A stretch of 41,260 nt of DNA from an uncultured Gammaproteobacteria bacterium (GCA_964487495.1 CAZAPL010000008.1:1-41260), one strand, 5' to 3'; shown: positions 25,522-35,207, numbered from the stretch's first letter. The notes: generated by a model not told the origin, from the sequence alone. Numbers and translations are program-made.

Positions 25522-26910
25522 ATGCAAAGAGTTTTAACTAGTCAGACTAAAGAAAAAATTGGAGAAAAAGTTAGGCTTTGTGGATGGGTAAATAATCTTC
25601 GGGATCACGGAAAGATAATTTTTATAGATTTACGAGACAAAGAGGGAATTATTCAATTAGTTGGAGATGAAAAATTGAAAAATTTGAGAATTTCCGACGT
25701 TTTGGAGATTGAGGGAGTGGTCAAGAAAAGACCAAAAAATTTAATTAACCCCAAAATTTTAACCGGAGAAATAGAAGTTGAAGTTAAGAACTTTAAAATT
25801 TTGGCAAAGTCAAAGGATTTGCCTTTCGATATTCAGGGAAGTGGAAGAGAAATCAATGAGGAATTACGCCTGCGGTATCGTTATTTAGATTTAAGGCGAC
25901 TAAGAATTTTTAGGAATTTGGAAATTCGTCATAAAACTATTAAATTTATTCGTGATTGGCTAGATGCTCATGGGTTTATTGAAATTGAAACTCCAATTTT
26001 AACAAAGGCTACTCCAGAAGGGGCAAGAGACTTTTTGGTTCCTTCAAGGCTTCAGCCAGGGAAATTTTATGCCTTGCCCCAATCTCCCCAGCAGTATAAA
26101 CAACTTTTAATGGTTGCTGGGTTTGAAAGATATTATCAGATAGCGCGTTGTTTTAGGGATGAAGACCCGCGGGCTGACCGGGCTTATGGGGAGTTTACTC
26201 AACTTGATCTTGAAATGTCTTTTACAACCCAAGAAGAAATTTTGTCTTTGATTGAAGAACTTTATAAATCTTTAATTAAAAAAGTTTTTCCTCAAAAAAA
26301 GCTTACTTTTTCTCATTTTCCTAGATTAGAATATGATGAGGTTATTAAAAAATATAAGACAGATAAGCCTGATTTAAGAAAAAACAAAAATGACCCCGAC
26401 GAGTTAGCATTTTGCTTTATAGTTAATTTTCCTTTATTTGAATGGAAGGAAAAAGAAAATCGTTGGGATTCAATGCATCACCCTTTTACTGCTCCTAAAG
26501 AAGAGTTTGTTCAAGACTTACTTAATGAAAGAAATATTGGTGGAATTAAATCTTATCAACATGATTTTGTTTTAAACGGTTTTGAAATAGGAGGGGGAAG
26601 TATTAGAATTTCTGATCCGGAAATTCAAGAAAAAGTTTTTAAAATTCTCGGCCATGAATCATCAGAAATTAAGAAAAAATTTGGGCATCTTTTGGAGGCT
26701 TTTAGTTATGGCGTCCCCCCTCATGGTGGAATTGCTCCCGGAATAGACCGTTTTTTAATGATTGTTTTAAATGAGCCTAATCTTCGGGAGGTAATTGCTT
26801 TTCCAATGACCGCCTCGGGACAAACAGCAGTTATGGATGCTCCTTCTGAAGTAGACTCTTCTCAGCTTAAAGAGTTAGGAATAGAAATTGTCTTTAATAA
26901 AGACAAATGA
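25522..26910 (+). CDS. aspS: Aspartate--tRNA ligase, bacterial type without GAD insertion, probably non-discriminating
   Basis: RDHGKIIFIDLRD, TPEGARDFLVPSR, ALPQSPQ, CFRDED, PPHGGIAPGIDR. Confidence 0.95.
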   Translation: MQRVLTSQTKEKIGEKVRLCGWVNNLRDHGKIIFIDLRDKEGIIQLVGDEKLKNLRISDVLEIEGVVKKRPKNLINPKILTGEIEVEVKNFKILAKSKDLPFDIQGSGREINEELRLRYRYLDLRRLRIFRNLEIRHKTIKFIRDWLDAHGFIEIETPILTKATPEGARDFLVPSRLQPGKFYALPQSPQQYKQLLMVAGFERYYQIARCFRDEDPRADRAYGEFTQLDLEMSFTTQEEILSLIEELYKSLIKKVFPQKKLTFSHFPRLEYDEVIKKYKTDKPDLRKNKNDPDELAFCFIVNFPLFEWKEKENRWDSMHHPFTAPKEEFVQDLLNERNIGGIKSYQHDFVLNGFEIGGGSIRISDPEIQEKVFKILGHESSEIKKKFGHLLEAFSYGVPPHGGIAPGIDRFLMIVLNEPNLREVIAFPMTASGQTAVMDAPSEVDSSQLKELGIEIVFNKDK

Positions 26911-27860
26911 AAGAAATTAGGAATTTTTTCTCTTTTTTGTGGGGGAAAAATTTTTTAAATGTTTTGGAGTTTTTATTAGTTTTTTTGTTTATTCTTTTTC
27001 TTCCGGGGTTAGATTATTATGAAAATCTGAATTCTTTTTGGCAGAAGCCTGAAGTTCTCGGTTTTCATTTTTCTATTCCCCCTCCTTTGCCAATCCCCAA
27101 AAATAAACTCGGAATTTTGCCTTTAGAATTTTCGGCTAAGGCAATTTTTTTGGTAGATTTACCTACATGGATGCCTATTTACCAAAAAAATCCTCATTTA
27201 AGAGTTCCTCCTGCTTCAACTGCTAAGATAATGACTGCTTTGGTATCGCTTGATTATTATCGCCTAGACGATGTTTTAACAGTTCCTAATATGGATTTTC
27301 AAGGGCAGATTATTAAACTTCGCGCAGGAGAAAAAATGACAGTAGAGAATCTTTTGCATGCTTTGCTTTTGGCTTCGGCTAATGATGCTGCCGAAACTTT
27401 GGCGGCAAATTATCCTGGGGGGAGAAAATCTTTTATAGAAAAGATGAATCAAAAAGCTAAAGAGTTAAATCTTTCGAATACTTATTTTACTAATCCTACT
27501 GGTTTAGATGAAGAAGGTCAGTATACTACCGCTTTTGATTTGGCTCTTCTGTCGCGGGCAGCAATTCAAAATGAAGTTTTTACTAAGATAGTTTCAAAAA
27601 AAGAATTTTTAATTAGCCTGGTTGATCAAAAGAAATTTTATTCATTGAGAAACATTAATATTCTATTAGATAAATTACCGGGAATTAAAGGAATTAAAAC
27701 GGGGTGGACAGTTTCCGCTGGAGAATGTTTAGTAAGTTTTTATAAAAAGGATGAAAGGGAGATAATTAGTGTTGTTTTGGGTAGTAAAGATAGATTTGGA
27801 GAAACAGAAAAGATTTTAAATTGGGTTTTTGAGAATTTTGAATGGAAAATTCCAGTTTAA
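26907..27860 (+). CDS. D-alanyl-D-alanine carboxypeptidase (peptidase S11)
   Basis: PASTAK (SxxK), SAND (SxN), NPTGL, KTG. Confidence 0.92.
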   Translation: MKEIRNFFSFLWGKNFLNVLEFLLVFLFILFLPGLDYYENLNSFWQKPEVLGFHFSIPPPLPIPKNKLGILPLEFSAKAIFLVDLPTWMPIYQKNPHLRVPPASTAKIMTALVSLDYYRLDDVLTVPNMDFQGQIIKLRAGEKMTVENLLHALLLASANDAAETLAANYPGGRKSFIEKMNQKAKELNLSNTYFTNPTGLDEEGQYTTAFDLALLSRAAIQNEVFTKIVSKKEFLISLVDQKKFYSLRNINILLDKLPGIKGIKTGWTVSAGECLVSFYKKDEREIISVVLGSKDRFGETEKILNWVFENFEWKIPV

Positions 27861-27866
27861 ATTTTT

Positions 27867-28919
27867 TTATTCTGTCCATTTAGGATCAATAGCGGGTACG
27901 TAGGCAAAAAAATCTCTGTCGCCTTCAAAAACAAAAATTGGCTGGAGAAAGTTTTGGGGTTTTGGAGAATCATAATAGGCCAGATAAACTTTTCTAATGG
28001 TAATTTTGCCTTCACTGTTATCTCCCAAATTGGCAATAAAACCCTTTCCCTCTTGGATTTCTTGCCAGGCTAAAGACGCAGATTTAAGGGGGTAGGTAGC
28101 AAAATTATCCCATTCTATTTTATTATAGTTATATTTTACCTCTACAATTCTTTTATTTCGATCTCTTGCTCCCGAAAACATAAATGAGACGATTCCTTCT
28201 TTTGGATTAGGAGGAAGAACTGGGAGATTATCCTTTTTTTCTCTAAAAAGAGCAACTTTGACAAAATCTGCCTCAGAAAGAGAAAGAGCTGGTTTTAGAT
28301 CGGGGGGTTGATATTTAAGATAGGAAATTTCTGCATTGCCATTTTTTAAATCTTCGCTTAAAAGGCCAATATTGTTTAGGAAACCTTTGGCCTCAGAAAT
28401 TGCTTGTTCACCAGAGGGTAATTTTTTTTCAAATAGAATTGATTGATCATTTTGAAAATCATATTTAAGATTAAAAGTTCCGTTTACGATATCAATATCT
28501 AAAATATATTCTGGAGTAGTTTGCGAAGAGAAGCGATAAATTGTTTCGGATAATGGTTTTGGCGAACTAGAAAAACCAATTTTTCTGGCCGTTTCTTTTG
28601 CTCTTTCTAAAGAAAGAAGAGAAACCGCAGGTTTAACGGAGACATAAACTTTGCCAATAGAATCAAGTTTGGGAATTGTCCCTTGGATTGTTTCTAATTT
28701 GAAAGAAAGAGAAGGTTTTTCTTCAATTTTGGGAAAGTCTATTTTAGGTAATTTGCCAAAAGAGGTTGTTGGGGGTGGTGGTGGCGGGGGATGGATTTTG
28801 CGGAGATAGGCGGTGGTGGCATTCCAGATAAAACGCAGAATTAAAAATCCCACAAAGAAAATTATTCCATATTTTATTCCTTTACGAGTATAATAAGCGG
28901 TTTCTGTAAGAGTCGCCAT
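27867..28919 (-). CDS. Hypothetical membrane-anchored protein
   Basis: 350 aa; N-terminal TM, poly-Pro, FGKLP, LAYYD...LQPIFVF C-terminus. Confidence 0.85.
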   Translation of the reverse strand: MATLTETAYYTRKGIKYGIIFFVGFLILRFIWNATTAYLRKIHPPPPPPPTTSFGKLPKIDFPKIEEKPSLSFKLETIQGTIPKLDSIGKVYVSVKPAVSLLSLERAKETARKIGFSSSPKPLSETIYRFSSQTTPEYILDIDIVNGTFNLKYDFQNDQSILFEKKLPSGEQAISEAKGFLNNIGLLSEDLKNGNAEISYLKYQPPDLKPALSLSEADFVKVALFREKKDNLPVLPPNPKEGIVSFMFSGARDRNKRIVEVKYNYNKIEWDNFATYPLKSASLAWQEIQEGKGFIANLGDNSEGKITIRKVYLAYYDSPKPQNFLQPIFVFEGDRDFFAYVPAIDPKWTE

Positions 28920-28964
28920 ACACTTTTGAGTATAGATTTATCTTATGCTAAAATCAAGGTAATT

Positions 28965-30380
28965 ATGAAAGAAATTCGTACCCGTTTTGCCCCTTCGCCT
29001 ACTGGTTTTTTGCATATTGGAGGGTTGCGAACCGCTCTTTATTCTTATGCTTTTGCCAAAAGTCAGGGGGGGAAGTTTATTTTAAGGATTGAAGACACAG
29101 ATATTAAAAGATACATAGAAGGAGCAAAAGAAAAAATCTGCGAAATTTTAAAAATATTTGGTTTAAATTGGGATGAAGGGCCAGAGGTTGGCGGGCCATA
29201 CGCTCCTTATATTCAGTCGGAGAGAGTAAAGGTTGGGATTTATAAAAAATATGCCGAGATTCTTCTTAATTCCGGTCGTGCTTATTATTGTTTTTGCTCT
29301 TTTCCTCCTGAGGAAATTTTAAAATCGAAAGATAAAAGAAGAGAAATAAAATTAAGAGATGATTGCCGTAATCTAAGCCCTAAGGAAATTAGAAGACTCC
29401 TTGAGAGAGGAGAAAAACCGGCAATCCGCTTAAGACTCCCCGAAGGCGAAAAGGTTTCTTATTTTGATTTTGTTTTAAAAAAAGAGATTTATTGGAAAAC
29501 TGATTTTGTTGATGAGGTAGTTCTTCTTAAGTCAGATGGATTTCCTACTTATCATTTAGCGGTAGTAGTTGATGATGCCGAGATGAAAATTTCTCATATT
29601 TTAAGAGGTCATGATTGGTTGCCAAGTACCCCTATCCATCTTTTGCTTTTTAAATATTTAAATTTCCCAGTTCCTCAAATTGGTCATTTAACTGATATTC
29701 TTGATCCGTCTGGAGGGAAGCTTTCTAAAAGAAAGGGGACAGTTGCGTGCGAAGAATTTTTAAGTCAAGGTTATTTACCGGAGGCGATTTTAAATTTTGT
29801 AATGCTTTTAGGTTGGGCACCAAAGGATAACAGAGAGATTTTTAGTTTGTCCGATTTTGTTGCTAATTTCCAAAAAGGTAATCTTCAAGTTTCAAATCCT
29901 GTTTTTAATCAAAAAAAATTGGATTGGTTTAATGGATTTTATATTAGAAATAAAAAAGACGACTGTCTACTTCAATTAATTAAACCATTTGCACCAAGAA
30001 ACGCCTCTCCTCGTTTAATTAATCAAACTATTCCTTTAATTAAAGAAAGGATTAAAAAACTTTCGGATTATTCTTCTCTAGCCGGATTTTTTTTTAAAGA
30101 ACCAAAGATTGACAAAAAATTATTTACTAAGGGGGCAAAAGAGCAATTATTACTGGCCCTTGAAGTTCTAGAAAAAAACAAAAATTGGGATAAAAAAAAC
30201 TTGGAAAAAGAACTCCAAAAATTGGTAAAAGAAAAAAGTTGGCAAGTTGGAGATTTTTTTATGAATTTTCGTATCGCTATTGCTGGCTCCAAAATCACTC
30301 CGCCAATCACAGACTCGATTGAGATTTTAGGGAAAGATAAAACCTTAAAACGACTTAAGGTAGCCGTTGCTTTATTATGA
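28965..30380 (+). CDS. gltX: Glutamate--tRNA ligase
   Basis: RTRFAPSPTGFLHIGG, LRIEDTD, DGFPTYH, KLSKR; ATG 28965 preferred over TTG 28926. Confidence 0.96.
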   Translation: MKEIRTRFAPSPTGFLHIGGLRTALYSYAFAKSQGGKFILRIEDTDIKRYIEGAKEKICEILKIFGLNWDEGPEVGGPYAPYIQSERVKVGIYKKYAEILLNSGRAYYCFCSFPPEEILKSKDKRREIKLRDDCRNLSPKEIRRLLERGEKPAIRLRLPEGEKVSYFDFVLKKEIYWKTDFVDEVVLLKSDGFPTYHLAVVVDDAEMKISHILRGHDWLPSTPIHLLLFKYLNFPVPQIGHLTDILDPSGGKLSKRKGTVACEEFLSQGYLPEAILNFVMLLGWAPKDNREIFSLSDFVANFQKGNLQVSNPVFNQKKLDWFNGFYIRNKKDDCLLQLIKPFAPRNASPRLINQTIPLIKERIKKLSDYSSLAGFFFKEPKIDKKLFTKGAKEQLLLALEVLEKNKNWDKKNLEKELQKLVKEKSWQVGDFFMNFRIAIAGSKITPPITDSIEILGKDKTLKRLKVAVALL

Positions 30381-30389
30381 GAAATTTTT

Positions 30390-30416
30390 ACTCCAATACT
30401 CCAGTGTAATGGAGTA
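30390..30416. repeat. Palindromic direct repeat, left of the TrpR-like gene
   Basis: ACTCCAATACTCCAGTGTAATGGAGTA. Confidence 0.85.
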
Positions 30417-30431
30417 GGATAGGGAGATTTT

Positions 30432-30908
30432 ATGACGAAGGTTTCTAGAATTCTTATCGATCCTAAAAGAATATCCCTTTTTATAAATTCTTTATGGAAT
30501 ACTTTGGCGCTTCTTGAGGATAAAAAAGAAGCGGAAGCATTTTTTAAGGATGTCTTTACTCGAACAGAAATTTTAATGTTTGCTAAGCGAATTCAAATTG
30601 CCAAGATGCTTCTTCTGGGATATGATTATCAAACAATAAGTTCTTTTGTTAGAGTGGGAAATACTACTATTTCCAAAGTTAGCGATTGGCTTAACCAAAG
30701 TAAAGGAGCAAAAAAGGTCATTCAACGCTTATTAGAGATAGAGAGGAAAGAAAAGGGTAATTTAATAATACCCTCCTCTCCTCGTGGGATTTTCTCGCTT
30801 GGGCCAAATTTATTTAAATTTGGAATCGAAACGGCAATAAAGCAGGTTAAGAAACGGAAAAAGAGGAAATCGGTAGAGAAATCGCTTCACTCCAATAATC
30901 CAGTGTAA
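30432..30908 (+). CDS. YerC/YecD family TrpR-related HTH protein
   Basis: FFKDVFTRTEILMFAKRIQIAKMLL.G.DYQTI....VGNTTISKV. Confidence 0.88.
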   Translation: MTKVSRILIDPKRISLFINSLWNTLALLEDKKEAEAFFKDVFTRTEILMFAKRIQIAKMLLLGYDYQTISSFVRVGNTTISKVSDWLNQSKGAKKVIQRLLEIERKEKGNLIIPSSPRGIFSLGPNLFKFGIETAIKQVKKRKKRKSVEKSLHSNNPV

Positions 30909-30919
30909 TGGATTATTGG
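30889..30919. repeat. Palindromic direct repeat, right of the TrpR-like gene
   Basis: ACTCCAATAATCCAGTGTAATGGATTA(TTGG); contains the gene's stop codon. Confidence 0.85.
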
Positions 30920-30998
30920 TAGTTTAAAAACCTAGGGAAAGTTGTTTTTGGGTTTAAAAATTGATAGAATAAATTTAAAAAAATAAGTCTTTTCTTTT

Positions 30999-31072
30999 TG
31001 CGGGATGGTGTAATGGTAGCACACAGGGCTCTGGACCCTGGAATCTAGGTTCGAATCCTAGTCCCGCAGCCA
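30999..31072 (+). tRNA. tRNA-Gln(CTG), CCA encoded
   Basis: Acceptor TGCGGGA/TCCCGCA; anticodon arm CAGGG-CT-CTG-GA-CCCTG; GGTTCGAATCC. Confidence 0.96.
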
Positions 31073-31513
31073 ATTTGTAAAGTTTGCGTTTCCCGCCCCG
31101 CTCGAGCGTAATTTTTCAGAAATCAACGTCGGGATTTTCCTTAAAAAAAGTTCGGATTTTATTCAAGACAGATAGCCGCCAAGGGGGTGCCCAAAATTAA
31201 TTAATTTTTGGGTTAATAATACAGCTATTATTGAGTTTCTTGTATAAATCGATATAGCTTCAAACTTTAAACAGGTGACTTTTTAGCTAATTCATACCAA
31301 TATTAATCATAGATTTCTGTTGATTTGTTGAACCGGCTTTGTGGAATGCTAGATTTGCTAGGCAACTGGTTGAAAAAATCCTGAATTTGAAACTTTTAAT
31401 AGGTATCATTTGACAAGCGGCAAGATATACCCCCTGCTTTGTTTTTTTGTTTTGCGAAGACATTAATTAATATTTTTCAGTTATCTTTAAGATAAAAATG
31501 TATAATAGTTAAT

Positions 31514-31786
31514 ATGATAAAACAAAAAATACGTGGTTTGGTTAGTTTGAACTTATTATTTTTTTGGATAGCGTCAACCTTAAGTGGATTTATTTTATAT
31601 CTTGCTCCCGAAGGACAAAGATCAGGGAGAGCAATTCTCCTTTTTGGACTTACTAAACATGACTGGGTCAGTGTTCATACTTGGATTAGTTTTATATTTT
31701 TGGGAATAATTTTGCTTCATGTTATTATTGACTGGCGCTTGCTGATTGTAATTATTAAATTACTTCTTAATGGTAGCAATAAATAA
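31514..31786 (+). CDS. DUF4405 domain membrane protein
   Basis: SGFILY...GLTKHDWVSVHTW...LLHVIIDW. Confidence 0.85.
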   Translation: MIKQKIRGLVSLNLLFFWIASTLSGFILYLAPEGQRSGRAILLFGLTKHDWVSVHTWISFIFLGIILLHVIIDWRLLIVIIKLLLNGSNK

Positions 31787-31883
31787 CAGTTTCTATGTTA
31801 TACTTTTATTGTTTGAAAAAAGACTAAGAATTACCCTTTTATTTCTAGTTTAGGGCTATTAGTTTTATGGTGAACATAGATTT

Positions 31884-32537
31884 ATGAAACAAAATGACTT
31901 TTTTTTAAATCTTCTTTCCTCGATTTTGTTTTTGGCAATTTTTGTTTTATTTTTTTCGCCCCCAGAATTTTTGGAAAAACCTGGTTGTCGTTGTCAAGGG
32001 ACGGGAGAATTTCAGTTTGATGAAACTCAAGCCTATTTTGAGGGAAAGAAAATTTCTGCACCATTGGTAGCCAGATGGGAGCTTTCGCCAAGTGAAAGAA
32101 AGGTTCTTGGAGAGGCGACAGGCTTTGAAAAATGGATTGAGGTTGATTTGTCTGAGCAAAAGCTCCGTGCCTGGGAAGGAGATAGATTGTTTTTGGAGTC
32201 TTTAATTTCTTCAGGTAAATGGGCGCCTACGCCAGTTGGAGAATTTAGAATTTGGATAAAGATTAAATATGCTAAAATGTCGGGAGGCAGTAAAGAAAAC
32301 AATACTTATTATTATTTACCAAATGTGCCTTATATTATGTATTTTTACAATGGTTATGGTCTTCATGGAACCTATTGGCATAATAATTTTGGTCGACCAA
32401 TGAGTCATGGATGCATTAATTTACCGACGCCAATTGCGGAAAAGATTTTTTACTGGAGTAATCCTCAAATTGGTAATTCTTTTGTGGTTAGGGCAGATAA
32501 AAATAATCCTGGGACCAGGGTGGTGATTCATAAATAA
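31884..32537 (+). CDS. L,D-transpeptidase (YkuD family)
   Basis: WIEVDLSEQ, TPVGEF, LHGTYWHNNFGRPMSHGCINL. Confidence 0.93.
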   Translation: MKQNDFFLNLLSSILFLAIFVLFFSPPEFLEKPGCRCQGTGEFQFDETQAYFEGKKISAPLVARWELSPSERKVLGEATGFEKWIEVDLSEQKLRAWEGDRLFLESLISSGKWAPTPVGEFRIWIKIKYAKMSGGSKENNTYYYLPNVPYIMYFYNGYGLHGTYWHNNFGRPMSHGCINLPTPIAEKIFYWSNPQIGNSFVVRADKNNPGTRVVIHK

Positions 32538-32550
32538 GTTTGTTTGCTTC

Positions 32551-32584
32551 TTGACATTTAGCAGTTGATATGCTAGACTGCTAA
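32551..32584 (+). promoter_or_regulatory. lon promoter overlapped by a CIRCE-like (HrcA) operator
   Basis: TTGACA (32551), 17 nt, TAGACT (32574); TTAGCAGTT-N9-GACTGCTAA at 32558-32584. Confidence 0.8.
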
Positions 32585-32611
32585 TTAGTTAGCAAGTTTT
32601 AAGAGCTGAAA

Positions 32612-35056
32612 ATGGAAAACAAATCTGAAAAAATTATTCCTACAGTTGCCCTTCGCGACAGTGTCGTTTTTCCTTACACTGAATTTCCTTTAACCTTCGG
32701 AAGACGGCGTTCAAATAATGCTATTAAAGCAGCCTTTAGTGGTTCTTCGCAGCGACTTTTAGCAGTTTTTACCCAGAAAGATCCGCGAATTGCCGAGCCA
32801 AACCAAGAGGATCTTTATCAAATAGGAACTTTAATTACTCTTGAGAATATTTTAGAAACTGACGGAACAACGATTGCTATCGCCAGAGGTTTAAGGAGGG
32901 TAAAACTTGAGGAAATTGTTCAAAACGAACCCTTTCTTTTAGCCAAAATTTCTGAGATTCCAGAAATTATTGAAGAAACTCCAGAAGTTAAGGCTTTGTC
33001 AAATCATTTAATAAATGAATATCGCCGGGCTTTTAACTTGGGAAAGTCAATTGATATTATGGTTTTAATGAGACTTTCTTCAGGGGTTTCTCCAGCAGAA
33101 CTGGCTGACCAAATTGCTTCAAGTTTAGATTTGAAGACAAAAGAAAAACAGGATCTTCTTGAAACGATAGTAGTTAAGGATAGGCTTAAGAAGGTTAATG
33201 ATTATCTTTCTCAGGAAATAAAAATTTTGGAACTTGAGCATTCAATTGCTACCAAAACCCAGGAGCGATTTGAGAAAGAAATGAGAGAGGCAGTTCTTCG
33301 AGAAAGAAAAAGGACAATTGAAAAAGAACTTGGGGAACTAAAAGAGGACGAAGAGGTAGCAGATCTAAAACAGAGAATTCGTCAAGCAAATTTGCCAATT
33401 GAAGTAAAAAAGAAAGCAGAAAAAGAACTCTCTCGTTTTTCTCAAATGCCCCCGATGTCTCCTGAAAGACCTTATATTGAAAATTGGCTTGATTGGATTT
33501 GTTCGATGCCGTGGAATAAAACTACTCCAAATAATACAAGTATTACTCAGGCAGCCAAGATCCTAGAGGAAGATCATTTTGGGTTGAAGAAGGTAAAAGA
33601 AAGGGTAATTGAGTATCTAGCAGTGATGAAACTTAAGTCAAAAAAACAAAAGCCTTCTAAATTTAAGAAAAATAAAGAAAGTCAAAAGAAAGAAGATACC
33701 AGTCCATCGATTCTTTGTTTTATTGGTCCTCCGGGAGTAGGTAAAACTTCAATTGGTAAATCAATTGCCAGGGCTTTAGGGAGGAAATTTATTCGTGTTT
33801 CTTTGGGAGGAATTAGAGACGAGGCTGAAATTCGTGGTCATCGGCGGACATACGTTGGGGCAATGCCTGGGAGGATAATTCAGGGGATAAGAAATGCGGG
33901 GACAAAGAATCCCGTTTTTATGCTTGATGAAATTGATAAAATTGGAAGTGATTTTCGAGGAGATCCTTCAGCGGCTTTGCTTGAGGCATTGGATCCTGAA
34001 CAGAATAAAGAGTTTTCTGATCATTATCTTGAAGTTCCCTTTGACCTTTCCGAGGTGATGTTTATTTGTACTGGTAATATTTTGGACACTATTCCTCCCG
34101 CACTTCGTGATAGGCTTGAAATAATTACTTTTCCTGGTTATACCGAGGAGGAGAAATTTCATATTGCCAAAGAATTTCTCTGGCCAAAGCAAGTTCAAGC
34201 TCATGGTCTTGAAAAAATAGAAATTCAAGATGAGGCTTTATACGAGATAATTCGTCGTTATACACGCGAGGCGGGAGTTAGGGAACTTGAAAGAATGTTA
34301 GCAATGATTTTGCGGAAGGTGGCTAAAAGAAAGGCAGAAGGAAAGAAGATTAAAGAGCAGGTTGGTTTAAAAGAGGCAAGGAAATTTCTTGGGCCTCCGA
34401 AGTATTCCTCGGTTTTAGCAGAGAAAAAAGATGAGGTGGGAATGGCAACGGGACTTGCTTGGACAGAGGCAGGAGGAGAAATTCTTTTTATCGAGGTTGC
34501 CTTAATGCCGGGAAAGGGGCATCTTATTTTAACTGGACATTTAGGGGAGGTAATGAAAGAATCGGCTCAGGCCGCTTTTTCTTATGCTCGCAGTCATTGG
34601 AAAGCACTTGGTCTTAAAGAAAATTTTTCTAAGAATTTGGATATTCATATTCATGTTCCTGAAGGAGCAGTTCCTAAAGATGGACCTTCTGCTGGAGTAG
34701 CGATGGCGGTGGCTTTGATTTCTGCTTTAAGCAAAATTCCGACACGTCGAGATGTAGGTATGACAGGAGAAATAACTTTACGAGGACGAGTTTTGGAGAT
34801 TGGGGGGGTTAAAGAGAAGGTGATTGCCGCCCATCGAGCAGGTCTTAAGACGGTAATTTTACCAAAGGAAAATAAAAAAGATCTTGAAGATGTTCCTCAG
34901 AAAGTTAAGAAAGATATTGAATTTGTTTTTGTTTCTGATTTGGGAGAGGCTTTAAGAGTAGCGCTTTGTCATCGGAAAAATAACCAAGGAAAAGAAGATC
35001 TCGGTTTAAAAAAAAATCAAAAGGCAAATTTTTCTCAACCCCTACTTGCTTCTTGA
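32612..35056 (+). CDS. lon: ATP-dependent protease La
   Basis: GPPGVGKTS, RGHRRTYVGAMPG, LDEIDK, PKDGPSAG, GGVKEK. Confidence 0.98.
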   Translation: MENKSEKIIPTVALRDSVVFPYTEFPLTFGRRRSNNAIKAAFSGSSQRLLAVFTQKDPRIAEPNQEDLYQIGTLITLENILETDGTTIAIARGLRRVKLEEIVQNEPFLLAKISEIPEIIEETPEVKALSNHLINEYRRAFNLGKSIDIMVLMRLSSGVSPAELADQIASSLDLKTKEKQDLLETIVVKDRLKKVNDYLSQEIKILELEHSIATKTQERFEKEMREAVLRERKRTIEKELGELKEDEEVADLKQRIRQANLPIEVKKKAEKELSRFSQMPPMSPERPYIENWLDWICSMPWNKTTPNNTSITQAAKILEEDHFGLKKVKERVIEYLAVMKLKSKKQKPSKFKKNKESQKKEDTSPSILCFIGPPGVGKTSIGKSIARALGRKFIRVSLGGIRDEAEIRGHRRTYVGAMPGRIIQGIRNAGTKNPVFMLDEIDKIGSDFRGDPSAALLEALDPEQNKEFSDHYLEVPFDLSEVMFICTGNILDTIPPALRDRLEIITFPGYTEEEKFHIAKEFLWPKQVQAHGLEKIEIQDEALYEIIRRYTREAGVRELERMLAMILRKVAKRKAEGKKIKEQVGLKEARKFLGPPKYSSVLAEKKDEVGMATGLAWTEAGGEILFIEVALMPGKGHLILTGHLGEVMKESAQAAFSYARSHWKALGLKENFSKNLDIHIHVPEGAVPKDGPSAGVAMAVALISALSKIPTRRDVGMTGEITLRGRVLEIGGVKEKVIAAHRAGLKTVILPKENKKDLEDVPQKVKKDIEFVFVSDLGEALRVALCHRKNNQGKEDLGLKKNQKANFSQPLLAS

Positions 35057-35134
35057 AGAAAAAAGAAGTAAAATCTTTCTTCGAATTGACATTTTCTTAA
35101 TTTTTAACAAAGAGAGAGTTTTTATAGAGAAATT

Positions 35135-35207
35135 GGCGCTATCGTCTAGTGGCCTAGGACATCAGGTTCTCATCCTGAAAACCCCGGTTCGAATCCGGGT
35201 AGCGTCA
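35135..35207 (+). tRNA. tRNA-Glu(CTC), CCA not encoded
   Basis: Acceptor GGCGCTA/TAGCGTC; anticodon arm TCAGG-TT-CTC-AT-CCTGA; GGTTCGAATCC. Confidence 0.95.
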
